A stretch of DNA of 34,186 bases, taken from assembly GCF_004010195.1 (NCBI RefSeq), contig NC_057758.1, positions 3,906,365-3,940,550 of the forward strand, written 5' to 3'. The position numbers were made by a program, and so were the translations under genes. Below, in pieces: positions 23,300 through 34,186 of the stretch. Below the pieces are notes generated by a model, which had not been told where the DNA came from, did no database searches, and saw only the letters and a list, made by a program, of their open reading frames with translations. How positions within the stretch are numbered: the first letter of the stretch is position 1; each line of letters begins with the position of its first letter. Origin of the DNA: Chiloscyllium plagiosum (taxonomy: Eukaryota).

Positions 23300-24595
23300 T
23301 GAGAGAGTCTCGCTCTCGCAGTCTCTCTGTGACACTGTCTGCATGCAGTCACACTCATACGTGTGCATTATTACACACTCACCAACACCCACAGTCAAAC
23401 AATCTCACACATATTTTTCACGCACTCAGAGCACTCTCTCAGTCAAATACAAACAATGACAACCTCCCTTAAACTCTCTCCCTCTCTTTCTCGCTTTCTC
23501 ATACACATGCACGCATTTACGTACTGGCATTCTTAAACACACACATAGACACTGTCTCTCACGCACATAGACACTAAAAAAGCATCACCCACACACATTA
23601 TCCCTCAAACTTTGTCACACAGTCACATGCTCTCTGTCTCACACTCTGTCCCTCGCACTCACTCACGCACTTCCCCTCACACTTTCTCCCTCACACTTTG
23701 TTCTCGATGTGCCTCTCTTACTTGTTCAGAGACAAACTGAATTGCGCACAAACACACCGATACCATCACAGACACAATGCCTCCCTCGTAGAGAGTATGA
23801 CTCCCTCACAATCATTCAGAAATTGTCATCGACTCGCTGACTGCACCACAATCGCACCGAGTCCCTCTCAGATACACTGAATCTCTCACAGTTATGTTAC
23901 ACTGAATTCCTCACAATCATACTGACTCCCTCACAGTCACACTGATTCCCTCACAAGAACACCAACTCCTCGGAAAAGCACTGACACTCTCACAGGCACA
24001 CCGACATTACTGCAGATGCACTGACTCCCTCGCAGACAAACTGACTCCCTCAATGTCAATTCCTCACAAGCTCACTGATTCTGACACAGTCTCACTCCCT
24101 CACAATTTCACTGTTTCCTCACTGTCATAATGATTTTCTCGCTGTCACCCTGATTACGTCGCTCCCACTCTCATTCCCTCACAGTGTTGCCACTTCCACA
24201 CTGTCACACTCACTCCTCCACTGTTGCTCTCAGCCCCCACTGTCAAACTGGCTCCTTCGGTGTTGCACTCACTCACAGCCTTATTCACTCACACCGTCTC
24301 ACTGATTCCAACATTCTATGCTGAATCCCACACAGTCTTACTCACTCCGTCACTCTGCCTCCTCTACTGTCAGACATCCTCGCTCAATTTCACAGTCACT
24401 CCGTCATTCTCACTCACACTCTCACAGTATCACTCACTCCTTCAGTCTCAGTCACTCCCTCCATTTCGCACTGAATATCGCACTCTCCAGCTCAGTTCCT
24501 TCCAGGCATACTCTATCCGTCAATGTCTCACTCACTCCCACAGTTACAGCCGCTCGCTCACAGTCTCATTCGATCCCTCACTGTCACATCCACTC
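23300..24595. repeat. CA/CT-rich low-complexity tract and degenerate ~20-bp minisatellite
   Basis: Repeated CTCACAGTCACACTGACTCC-like units from ~23870 to 24590, with (CA)/(CT) microsatellite-like sequence upstream. Confidence 0.85.
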
Positions 24596-25316
24596 CCTAA
24601 ATTGGACCGAAAGCTCCAGGCATTCGTTTATTGGCAATTCAGCTTCCTTTTAAATGCAGAACATTTGAAGCAAATGTGTTTTTTTTTTGATAAAGTTATG
24701 TTTTCTGCATAAAACAAGGCGGAGACGAGGTAAATTCTGAGACAGATCCTGAACAAGGTTCCACAACTATTATTCAGTGGATGACCTGAAATGTCACGTT
24801 TTGTACATGTATGTCGCTTTGTCTGTTTGAAGCTTGAGAAGTAAGCAGGATCTACTGAAACGTCTAATTCTCTCAGAACAGTAACTTCAAATATATTCAG
24901 GAAGTTTTATCTTCGTCAATCGAAACTTGCACATTATTTCTAACAGAGTTCTACATATCCTGCTTCTGCATTTCAGACTATATCTTTGCAAGGCAGGAAT
25001 GTCTGAAATGAAAACACCATTTGTCACATTTGCCTTTCACGTGTGCTGTCAGATTTACACAACCAAACTGAAGTGTTCTCTGTTCCTTCACCCAGTTTAA
25101 ATCATTAATATTGAGTTTATATTGTCCCTTCTAATTCTAAAATCCAGAACCAGTTCACATCGCGCTGAGATTCATCTGTAGGAGGGTGAGAGACATACAA
25201 AAAGTAAGGCGCGTTTTAATCTGCAAACCAGGACGAGGAATTAGAAGGTGTCAGTCAACTATTTAAAGTTTGGTCACAGCAGCCATTTTATGGTAGCACA
25301 ACACTGATATCAGAGG

Positions 25317-25800
25317 AACATAGAAGATAGGAGCAGGAGGAGGCAATACGGCCTTTCCAACTGTCACCATTATTCATCATGTCCGTTACTTGTCTTCCAG
25401 CTCAATAGCTTGACCCTTCATTTCTCCCCATAACTTTTCAGCCCATTTGCACTAAGTGCTACATCTAACCGCCTCTTGAAAACATACACTGTTCTGGCAT
25501 CAAATACTTCCTGTGATAATGAATTCCAGAGGCCCATCATTATTTGGGTGACGAAATATCTCCTCATCTCGATCATAAATGTCTCACCTCGAATCCTCAG
25601 GCAGTAAACCCTGGATCTGGACATATGCACCATTAGGAACAGCCTCCGTTCATCTGCCCTGTCTAGTCATGTTAGAAACTTTATAAGACTTTATGATACC
25701 CTCCCTCACTCACTGAACTCCAGTGAAAGTAATCCTAACCTGACCCCAATCTCTCTACATACTTCATTCCAACGTGCCTTGAAACAGCCCGATAAACCGA
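25317..25800 (-). mobile_element. CR1-clade LINE 3' fragment
   Basis: ORF 25418-25633 reads LRIRGETFMIEMRRYFVTQ..GLWNSLSQEV...FKRRLD; AACATAGAAGATAGG tail. Confidence 0.85.
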
Positions 25801-26670
25801 GTCTCACTCATCTTATAAACAGGGAAAGGCAAGAAAGAATGTGGACTTGGGAGTCCTTGCTCAAGGCAGTTCAATGATGATAAACGAGAATGGTGGATGG
25901 ACAGCAAATATTCAATGGCAAGGCAGTAAAATGACACAAACACACGGTTGCATTATTTAAGGGTGGGATAGAATTGAAGTTTTGAGGCAATAATACAAAG
26001 CACTGGGATAGATATAAAAGTTTCTTGCTGTTTTTGGATGTAAGGCTAGAATCATCATTTAAATATCTAACAATGCTCTTAAACATATCAAGGCTAAAAT
26101 GAAGGAACAACGCCTTGAATTTCTGTACATGTGGGGATATCAGGTGAGGATGGCAGAATTTCTCACCAAAGGGCAGCATTGAGTCAGGTTCTCTTTTTTT
26201 GCAACTATCTGGGAATGATGATCTCTGTGTAGTTATCTCACCCAAAGCCTACTCTGTTCTGCGAGCAATGCCCGGTCACACTACCCCCTCTAATCCTCTG
26301 TGAATGGACCTTTGGCCTACCACATAACTAGTCCAATATCAATGGCCTCCTACTCCACCCCATCTCACTTGCCATAGCAACAGTCAGTTGTCCCACACAC
26401 GTTGTTCCCCTAGCAACGGTCTGTAACCCTACCGCTCTGTTCGCACAGCAGCATAATAGTCACATACAAAATCTGTTCCCTCAGAATTGGCCTGTGTAAC
26501 ATCTGTACTCTGTTCCTTATCAATGATCAATGGTTACACTCCCTTACTTTCCCCAAGGAAAGGTCAGTAGTCCAACCCGACTCGGTTCTCAGGCTATATA
26601 CCTGCAGACCCTTCCGATTCTGCTTAATGAGCAACAGAATGTGGCCTATTTTCAAATTTTTCCCAAGCAG

Positions 26671-26830
26671 NNNNNNNNNNNNNNNNNNNNNNNNNNNNNN
26701 NNNNNNNNNNNNNNNNNNNNNNNNNNNNNNNNNNNNNNNNNNNNNNNNNNNNNNNNNNNNNNNNNNNNNNNNNNNNNNNNNNNNNNNNNNNNNNNNNNNN
26801 NNNNNNNNNNNNNNNNNNNNNNNNNNNNNN
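26671..26830. other. Assembly gap
   Basis: Run of N. Confidence 1.
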
Positions 26831-27843
26831 ACTGCTGGATCCATCACCTTTCTATTCCTCTTGTGGTCATATATCCATTTCGATTGCCGAGCAACTCGCA
26901 ATTGTTGCACCGCTACTGTGATCCCACATGAACACCCAACGTCATCAGCTCCCTCTGTTATCCTTTGCAATGTTTATGCTCTCACTACCTTGCTTTCCTG
27001 TCGGCAATGGCCTGAGAATCTGTGCCTAATCTGTTCCAATAACAAAGGCCTGTGATCCATTCCTCATTTTATTCACCCAGCAATCGTCTGTGCACCTTTC
27101 CCCAACACTTTCTCCAAGCAACGGGCTTTGTGCACATAGCCACTCTGCCCCCCCAGCGAAGGACAGTGGTCGAACACCAATTATTTTCCCCTGGCAACGG
27201 AATGTGGGCCCATCCCACATTCTTCCAAAGATAACATCCGTCAGCCCCACCACCACAATGTTTCTCTGACAAGGGTTCATGATCCTACACCTGCTTTTCT
27301 TGCCCTAATAACTGGTTGCTGGACCACCACTGCACAGTTGCATTAAGAACAGGCTTTATCCACTTCTACATAATTTTCCCTCGGAACAGTGCATCCCGTT
27401 CTGTTCCCCAAACAACAGATTGCAAACATAAACGCATCCTGTTTCTCCAGCAACAGAAGCTAAGAGGGAGTTGAAGCTGGACAGGATTTGAAAGAGAGAG
27501 AATGGAGGAGGTACAGGGAGAGCAAGACGAAGAGACAGTGAATGAGAATGGGGGAGGGAGATACAGCGAACAGCAATTACAAAATAGGAGGTGCAGTGAG
27601 TACAAATGAGAGAAATTGTGAGAATGGGAGAAAGATATGAATGGAGGGGAACAGAGAGAAAGTTGAATTCTGCTGAGGCCAGGACGGGGTGTTTAACACA
27701 GAGGTGAAAGCAAGGACCGAATGACTTAAACAGAATTATTGTGTCCCATCCGGTTCCATCCGCTTCTCGGATGACAAGGACATGGGTTAGAATCTCCAGC
27801 TCAGCTTTTTCAAAGCAAAGACAAACTCTACTGCTTGACATGT

Positions 27844-27861
27844 TTTAATGAACGTTTTAAT
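27844..27861 (-). terminator. Candidate polyadenylation signals (2x ATTAAA) for the GPCR
   Basis: TTTAAT on + at 27844-27849 and 27856-27861, about 220 nt downstream of the stop codon. Confidence 0.4.
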
Positions 27862-28077
27862 CAGTTACGAGTTGGAAGTTATGGATACAGTCAGGTGAGA
27901 GCTGTGCCTTGTCAGGCTGGCTCCTGAGTTGAGAGAAACGCTGAGATATACCCCTATAATCACCTGTCAGAGGATAAGGATGGACAAACCAGTACCGTCC
28001 TCAGTCTATTACCATATTGACAAGCTGCTTCACTGCTGAAACATTGAATTGAAATATGAAAATCCTGAATTGATTGA

Positions 28078-28985
28078 TTAATGAGTGAATTGGATTGATT
28101 TATGAATTTGGATTAAGGGATACTTCAGCACATTCTTCAACTGCTGTCTGAACTTTTTCTGGGTCACAGCAGAAATCGCTGTGCTTGTGCAGCAACTGAG
28201 GAGCTGCAGCATGAAACCTAATTCCTGCACGAATGGATAGACAAACACAGACCTATACCCGAAATACCACATCCGGTTCCATATAGAATACACCATCAGC
28301 ATTGACCATAACAAGATGAAATTGCCCGAGATCAGAAACAGCAAAATTATGGATCTTTGTCGATTTCGCATTTCTGTGTCACACTGACCGTCCCCATTTG
28401 TGTGAGCACGCAGTCTCTTGCGGGCTCTGCTGGTCACTAAAATGTGTCTGACGGTGAAAATATTGAGTAGTACAATCAGGAGAAATGGAAGAGCCGAGTT
28501 TAGGACGTGATGAAGGAACTCGATTGCCGTCCAGACACGAGAGGATTGAACACTGCTTGTTATGTGACAAAACCAGGGGATGTTATCCAGATTATGTGTC
28601 CCTGCTAGCATGAAATACCAGAAAATGTTCTTTAAGCAGCTCAGCACAGTCACTGTTCCAAGAACCACAGCCGCTGTTTTCTCACTGCAGTATTTACTTT
28701 TCAGGTTCTGGGAACAAATGGCTACAAACCGATCAAAGGTGAAAGTGACTGTGAACCAGACAGAACAGTCAGTTGCTGCATAAAGCAGGACGACGTGGAT
28801 ATTACACACTTTGATGTACCACAGGAAAGTAAACTCTTCCCAGTAAACAATGGGAATGTGTCTCAATATCAGATCGAGGATAATGACCACTAGATCCGCC
28901 ACTGCCATGGCCCCCAGGTAACGACTGACACAGGGAAACAATCCACAATCTTTATGAAGCAGGATGAAGATTGTCACTCTGGTAA
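28078..28985 (-). CDS. gpr139-like: Class A GPCR, GPR139/GPR142-like family (elasmobranch-expanded); terminal coding exon from late TM1 to stop; possibly a young pseudogene
   Basis: Open ORF of ~300 aa with YLGAMAVADL (TM2), C..., YAATDCSVWFTVTFTFDRFVAIC (TM3, DRF), LKSKYCSEKTAAVV, ECL2 PWFC, LPFLLIVLLNIFTVRHIL (TM5), RSIILLFLISGNFILLW (TM6) and LQLLSCC...VTQKKFR (TM7/H8). A polypyrimidine tract lies upstream (28988-29010). The ORF-track start is GTG, not a true ATG. This is a family-level call, not an orthology call. Confidence 0.9.
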
Positions 28986-29619
28986 TTGTAAGGAAGGTAA
29001 AAAAAGAAAATATGCATCATCCTGGAGGTAAAGTTGTCAGTTGTATTGTGGACAGAGTCAGATTTCAAATGGCTCACTGTATTTAAAGATCTATTGAAAT
29101 TATTGGAGCTGTAATAACACAGCGCAATGTCTGAATTACTTTAGAAATGTGACGCAAATACAAGAATTCCTCCTTTCCCAAACATGGAGACGAACATTCA
29201 TAAGAACATTCATAAAGTTTCGAAGACACTGTCACACACTCTATCACTTGTAACTAAACAAAGGTTACTTCTTTACATTTCCTGACAGGAAAAGTGAAAA
29301 TCGTTCTTGAAACGTAAACACAGACAAAAAAGTTCACCCCATTAACTGCCTGAATGTACTTCGAAACAATGTGTCCTTCTCCCTGCAACGTGCTGTCTTT
29401 CTTGAGAATCATGTCTTTTGGTCAATTCACTGACTTTTGGCCAGTGACTAATACCATCAGTTGAAGAACGCTCCATAGATTGTTCCACTCCTTTTTACGT
29501 CCAACTGTTCTTCTCTCTCTTTGGGATTTCTCCCCAAATATCGTTGACTTTTAACCCCTTGGTTCTGGAAAAAAAAACTGACATTTTCCTCCGATGATCA
29601 GTTCACACGTCAGGGCACC

Positions 29620-29840
29620 AGACTGCATGGCTACTTCATAGAGCGTCTAAGTTCTACCCGCAAAAGTGAACCAGAGCTTCCAGCTGTCTTACACTTGCAC
29701 ACACGAACCTATTCCCCGTCCATCATCTTTCTCCGGCTTAGCCCAGTGCTTCAGCGAAGCTCACCATCATTTGGAAAAGAAATACCTCATATTCTGCTGA
29801 GAGAATTTGCAACACTCTGGACTCAATATCAAGTTCAAAT
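29620..29840 (+). mobile_element. Decayed Penelope-like GIY-YIG C-terminal fragment
   Basis: RLHGYFIERLSSTRKSEPELPAVLHL...GLAQCFSEAHHHLEKKYLIFC*ENLQHSGLNIKF resembles the PLE motif RL.DRF.EHL.S....P..PVA.HF...RKLEE..LI..L.TL.P.GLN. Confidence 0.7.
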
Positions 29841-29949
29841 TCACAAATAAGACTAATTGAAAGACAGGTGTCAGAGGGGTCCACTTGACTCGGGCGGAGC
29901 TGAATGCGAGAGAGCAGAGAGCAATTTAGAAGGATATGTGAAATAAAAT

Positions 29950-30735
29950 CTGACCTCGTGGATTTGTGTTCATTCCATATGCGTAGCACACTCTTTGCAA
30001 AACAATTGCGCCTCAGTTTCCATTTTACTCTTTCCACTCTAACCTTAAACTTTTGCCCACTCACCCTCGGTTCCCAATGCTGTGAAAAATGATGAGTGCA
30101 TTCAATCTATCCATGCCCCTCATGACCTGATACACTTCTATGAGGACCTCACACAGTCTCCAACAAAATATGGGAAAATATCCGAGTTTATCCAAACTCT
30201 GTCTACAAATGAGAGCGTTGAGTTCTGGCAATATCATTGCAAATTTCTTCTGCACTCTTTCCAGTTTAATAACATCATTTCGACAGCAAGGTGGCCCAAC
30301 CTGAACACTTATACTCCGAGTTCGGCCTCATTAACGTCTTTTTTTAGCTCGAACATAATTGTGCAACTTCTGTACTCAGTGCCCTGATCGATGAAGGCCA
30401 GTGTACCAAAGGCCATCCTCACTGTCCTACCGATCTGTGACTCCAATTTAAGAGAACTGTGAACCTGAACTCCATGGTCCCACTATTCTGGGACACTCCT
30501 TCAGGTCCGAACATTGACCATAAAATTCCTACCTTTATTTGAGGTGCCAAAACACAACACCTCACACTTATCTCCATGAAACTCCATTTTGCATTACTCG
30601 GCCCACTTCCCCAGCTGATCAAGATCCTGCTGTAATTTCTGATAACATTCCAAACTTTCTATGGTATCATCTTCTTTCGTTTCATCAGCAATTTACGAAT
30701 CATGCCTTGTCCATCCTCATTCAATCATGGATGTC
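29950..30735 (-). mobile_element. CR1-clade LINE 3' fragment
   Basis: KFKVRVERVK.KLRRNCF..SVLRIWNE, MQKKFAMILPEL...LIEVYQVMRGMDR and an eroded WQMEF region. Confidence 0.85.
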
Positions 30736-31423
30736 GATAAGAAATTTGAATGTGTGACATGAGAATGCGGTAGGAATAGGTACCAAACAGCAATCAGAAA
30801 CTCGAAATAAATCATCCTTGATCAGTTTGACAGAACATATCATGTCGAGTCACACAGGAAGCAGTACAGGGTGTTCAGCTGTTTGGAAGCCGTATCAATG
30901 ATTTAGCATAAATGCACTGTAACTATGTTAGGCGATGACGTTAAGGTAAACAGACAATTACATCATTCAGAGAAGGTGCAAGGTGTCCAAATGAATACTT
31001 GGAGGTGAAAACAACGGGTAAAAGTTTGGAAGATCGAATATAACATGACATATCCCATGTCATTTTATTTTCAGGACGAATGTGAGGCAGTATGTGAGTG
31101 AAAGGGAGAGAGATGGCAGCATTCGTGATACAGTGTGAACTGAAAGATTCACTCTTACCCATTCAGACTTCGGAAGTTTTGCTAAATCTGATGGACTGCT
31201 CTGTCATGTTCTCAGTTGTCCTATTTCTCTCAGTGGCAAGTGATGAGCAGGGGGAGGGGGGGTGTTCAAGCCCCGTATTAAGGACATGACGTCAATCTGA
31301 AAGGCTATTTTTTCCTTGCACGTGAAGGGAATAGCTGACTGCTTCCAAATGAAGAGGCTCTGGCTGTTTTTCGTACTGTGGGTATTCACCAACACGACGT
31401 GCCATGCATGGGCACATTGCAAC

Positions 31424-31703
31424 ATTAGATTCTATTAGATTAGATTAGATTAGATTAGATTCTCTACAGCGTGGAAACATGCCCTTCGTCCCAACAAGTC
31501 CACACTGACCTCCCCCCAACCCCCCGCCCCTCCAAGAGTCACCCACCAAGACCCATTTCCCTCTGACTGATGCACCTAATACTATGGACAATTTCGCATG
31601 GCCAATTGACCTGACCTGCACATCTTTGGACTGTGGGAGCAAAACGGAGCTGGAATAGAACTTGGGATCCTGGTGCTGTGAGACAGCAGTGATAATCACT
31701 GCG
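31424..31703 (-). mobile_element. HE1-like V-SINE with (AATCT)n tail
   Basis: ATTAG repeats at 31424-31460; GGCCAATTGACCTGACCTGCACATCTTTGGACTGTGGGAG as in the 22.4-kb copy; internal deletion. Confidence 0.85.
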
Positions 31704-31894
31704 AGATCCTTCATTCCTTCTACTTAACCGCGATGACATGTGGACCACGCAGTTCCATGTATATGTTCATGAGTACCGCTATACTGGGAAAACAAGCATA
31801 CACTGGGTAGTTCCCTGCTGAGAGAGAACGCATTGTATTCCCCTAATCCGCAATATATATCCTCCAACATTGAAGTAAGCATCATGGGAGATGA

Positions 31895-32394
31895 NNNNNN
31901 NNNNNNNNNNNNNNNNNNNNNNNNNNNNNNNNNNNNNNNNNNNNNNNNNNNNNNNNNNNNNNNNNNNNNNNNNNNNNNNNNNNNNNNNNNNNNNNNNNNN
32001 NNNNNNNNNNNNNNNNNNNNNNNNNNNNNNNNNNNNNNNNNNNNNNNNNNNNNNNNNNNNNNNNNNNNNNNNNNNNNNNNNNNNNNNNNNNNNNNNNNNN
32101 NNNNNNNNNNNNNNNNNNNNNNNNNNNNNNNNNNNNNNNNNNNNNNNNNNNNNNNNNNNNNNNNNNNNNNNNNNNNNNNNNNNNNNNNNNNNNNNNNNNN
32201 NNNNNNNNNNNNNNNNNNNNNNNNNNNNNNNNNNNNNNNNNNNNNNNNNNNNNNNNNNNNNNNNNNNNNNNNNNNNNNNNNNNNNNNNNNNNNNNNNNNN
32301 NNNNNNNNNNNNNNNNNNNNNNNNNNNNNNNNNNNNNNNNNNNNNNNNNNNNNNNNNNNNNNNNNNNNNNNNNNNNNNNNNNNNNNNNNNNNNN
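31895..32394. other. Assembly gap
   Basis: Run of N. Confidence 1.
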
Positions 32395-33371
32395 GTACTG
32401 CAAGAATCGGTTCTGGGACTGCTGTTCTTTGTGATTTTTTAAATGACTTGGATGATAAAGTGAAAGGGTGCCTTAGTAAGTTACACAATGTAACAAAGAT
32501 TGTTGGAGTTATACGTGGTGTGGAGGGCTGTTGTAAGTTGCAATTGGACATTGACAGGATGCAGAACTGGGCTGGTATATGACAGATGGAGTTCAACCTG
32601 GATACGTGTGAAGTGATTCATTTTGGAAGGTTGAATTTGAATGCAGAATGCAGGGTTAAAGTAAGGATTATTGGCAGTGTGGAGGAGGATAGGGGTCGTG
32701 TGGTCTATGTCATAGGACGCTCAAAGTTGTCACCCAAGTTGGTAAGGTTATTAAGATGTATGGTGTTTTCATTAGCCTGAGATTGAGTTTAAGAGCCGCA
32801 AGGTTATGCTGCAGCGCCAAAAAGCTCTGATGGGACTACACTTAGAATATTGTGTTCTGTTCCAGTCGCCTCATTACTGGAAAGACGTTGAAGCTTCGAA
32901 GAGGGTGCTGAGGAGATTTACCAAGATGCTGCCTAAACTGGAGAGGATGTCTTACAAAGTAAAGTTGAGAGAGCTAGGGCTTTTCTCCTTGGAACACTGA
33001 AGAATGGGACGTGACTTGATAGAGGTGTACAAGATGATGAGAGACATGGATAGAATGGGTAGTCAGAGACTTTTTCGCAGGGTGGAAATGGCTATCTCGA
33101 GCGGGCATAATTTTAAGGTGATTGGAAGAAGGTTTGGGGAGATGTCAGAGGTAGGTTCTTTACTCAGGGTGGTGGGTGCTTGGAATGCACTGCCAGCGGT
33201 AGTAGAGTTAGCTGCATTAGAGTTGTTTAAGTGACCATTGGATAGGCGCATAAATGATAGTACAATGAAGGATATGCCAGTTAGTCTGATCTTCGAGTAG
33301 GATAAAAGTTCGGCAGGAAGTCAAGGGTCGAAGGGTCTGAAATGTGCTGTACTGTTCTGTGTTTTATGTTT
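32395..33371 (+). mobile_element. CR1-clade LINE (RT C-terminus to 3' tail)
   Basis: VLQESVLGLLFF, FLNDLD, MEFNLDTCEVIH, ALMGLHLEYCVLF.SPH, RRFTKMLP, GRDLIEVYKMM and VVGAWNALP; TGTTCTGTGTTTTATG tail. Confidence 0.92.
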
Positions 33372-34186
33372 CACCCAGGCTGTGCATTCTTATCAATTGT
33401 TGAATGTGAGGGAGTGATGTATGTGAGATCAGGAAGCTAGGGAGGGCCGTTAGCCCAGATCTTCAAGTTATGTTGTTCATTGTTACATTCACGTGAATGC
33501 CATTACAGTATATGTAGTGTCCGACACCAGGCAGGCTCCGCCAAGTTCAGTTATTAACGTGATTCTTGACTTGTCATTTGCTGCTATTTTCTTCAGGTAC
33601 AATCTGTTGGGTGACCCTTATATTGATTAGATGTTTGCTGAATTGCATGAATTGGGTAAAAAAATAAGAGAACAACTATGATTATTCAACTGAACTATAA
33701 TCTCTGTAAACAATCAGGTCGATTCTATATTTATGGAACTATAATATAAACTCCTGTCAAGATTTTCCAACTCAGAAATAAAGAATGCACATTTTATTTT
33801 CTATTGAACAAAGAACATGGATGTAACTCTTTTGGCGATCAGAATTACACACACAATGTCAGGATTCAAAACAATGCATTGTCACTCCAACATTTTGAAA
33901 ATGGTTGGCTTCTGAATGAATACATGTTCAGGGTGAGCAAACAATTGAACAATCAAATTGAATTAGCGTTCTTATACATTTATAAATGACCAATCAGTTT
34001 AATTTCTCACTGAAATGTACAAGCTTCAGCTATTTGTCAGCGAATTAAAAATGGCTATAGTTCAACATGCTCTGTGAATATTAAACTAAATAAATGATTT
34101 GTGCAATCAAATTTTAGTGAACAATAATTTGAAAACGTTTAACTTTTAGAAAGAATTTGATTTAATTTGAAATGCAGACAGTGAAC

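Noticed and set aside
23870..24590. CRISPR-like periodic repeats
   Set aside because: This is a contiguous degenerate minisatellite without unique spacers, in a vertebrate context.
24224..24712. 162-aa and 111-aa S/H/L/T-rich ORFs
   Set aside because: They are translations of a low-complexity minisatellite that lacks stop codons.
27356..27841. 161-aa hydrophobic ORF downstream of the GPCR
   Set aside because: It derives from a purine/pyrimidine-biased tract and has no GPCR or other motifs.
30770..30850. Minus-strand MIYFEFLIAV as candidate GPCR exon 1
   Set aside because: It lacks the YP and GVP motifs and a properly phased GT donor.

Overview
This is vertebrate genomic DNA, almost certainly from a cartilaginous fish (shark), judged by HE1-type V-SINEs, CR1/HER1-type LINEs, Penelope-like elements (PLEs) and a member of the elasmobranch GPR139-like receptor expansion. 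It is a draft assembly with four N-gaps. The window is mostly decayed retroelements: about 11 CR1 RT/3' fragments, three HE1-like SINEs, several PLE fragments and one gypsy RT relic. The only convincing host coding sequence is the large terminal exon of a class A (rhodopsin-like) GPR139-like GPCR on the minus strand (about 28078-28985). Its ORF is open, but the expected splice acceptor reads CAA rather than CAG, and TM1 Asn and both key residues of the TM7 NPxxY-equivalent are substituted, so it may be a young pseudogene or a signalling-altered receptor. No first exon was found. The most interesting non-coding signal is an apparently intact minimal type I hammerhead ribozyme (274-309) in a roughly 320-bp tandem unit, resembling a PLE pLTR or retrozyme. 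Several decayed hammerheads occur elsewhere, including a back-to-back inverted pair at about 8.2 kb. A perfect 22-bp-stem palindrome and several recent tandem duplications are also present. Family assignments come from motif recognition and recalled consensus sequences, not from database searches.
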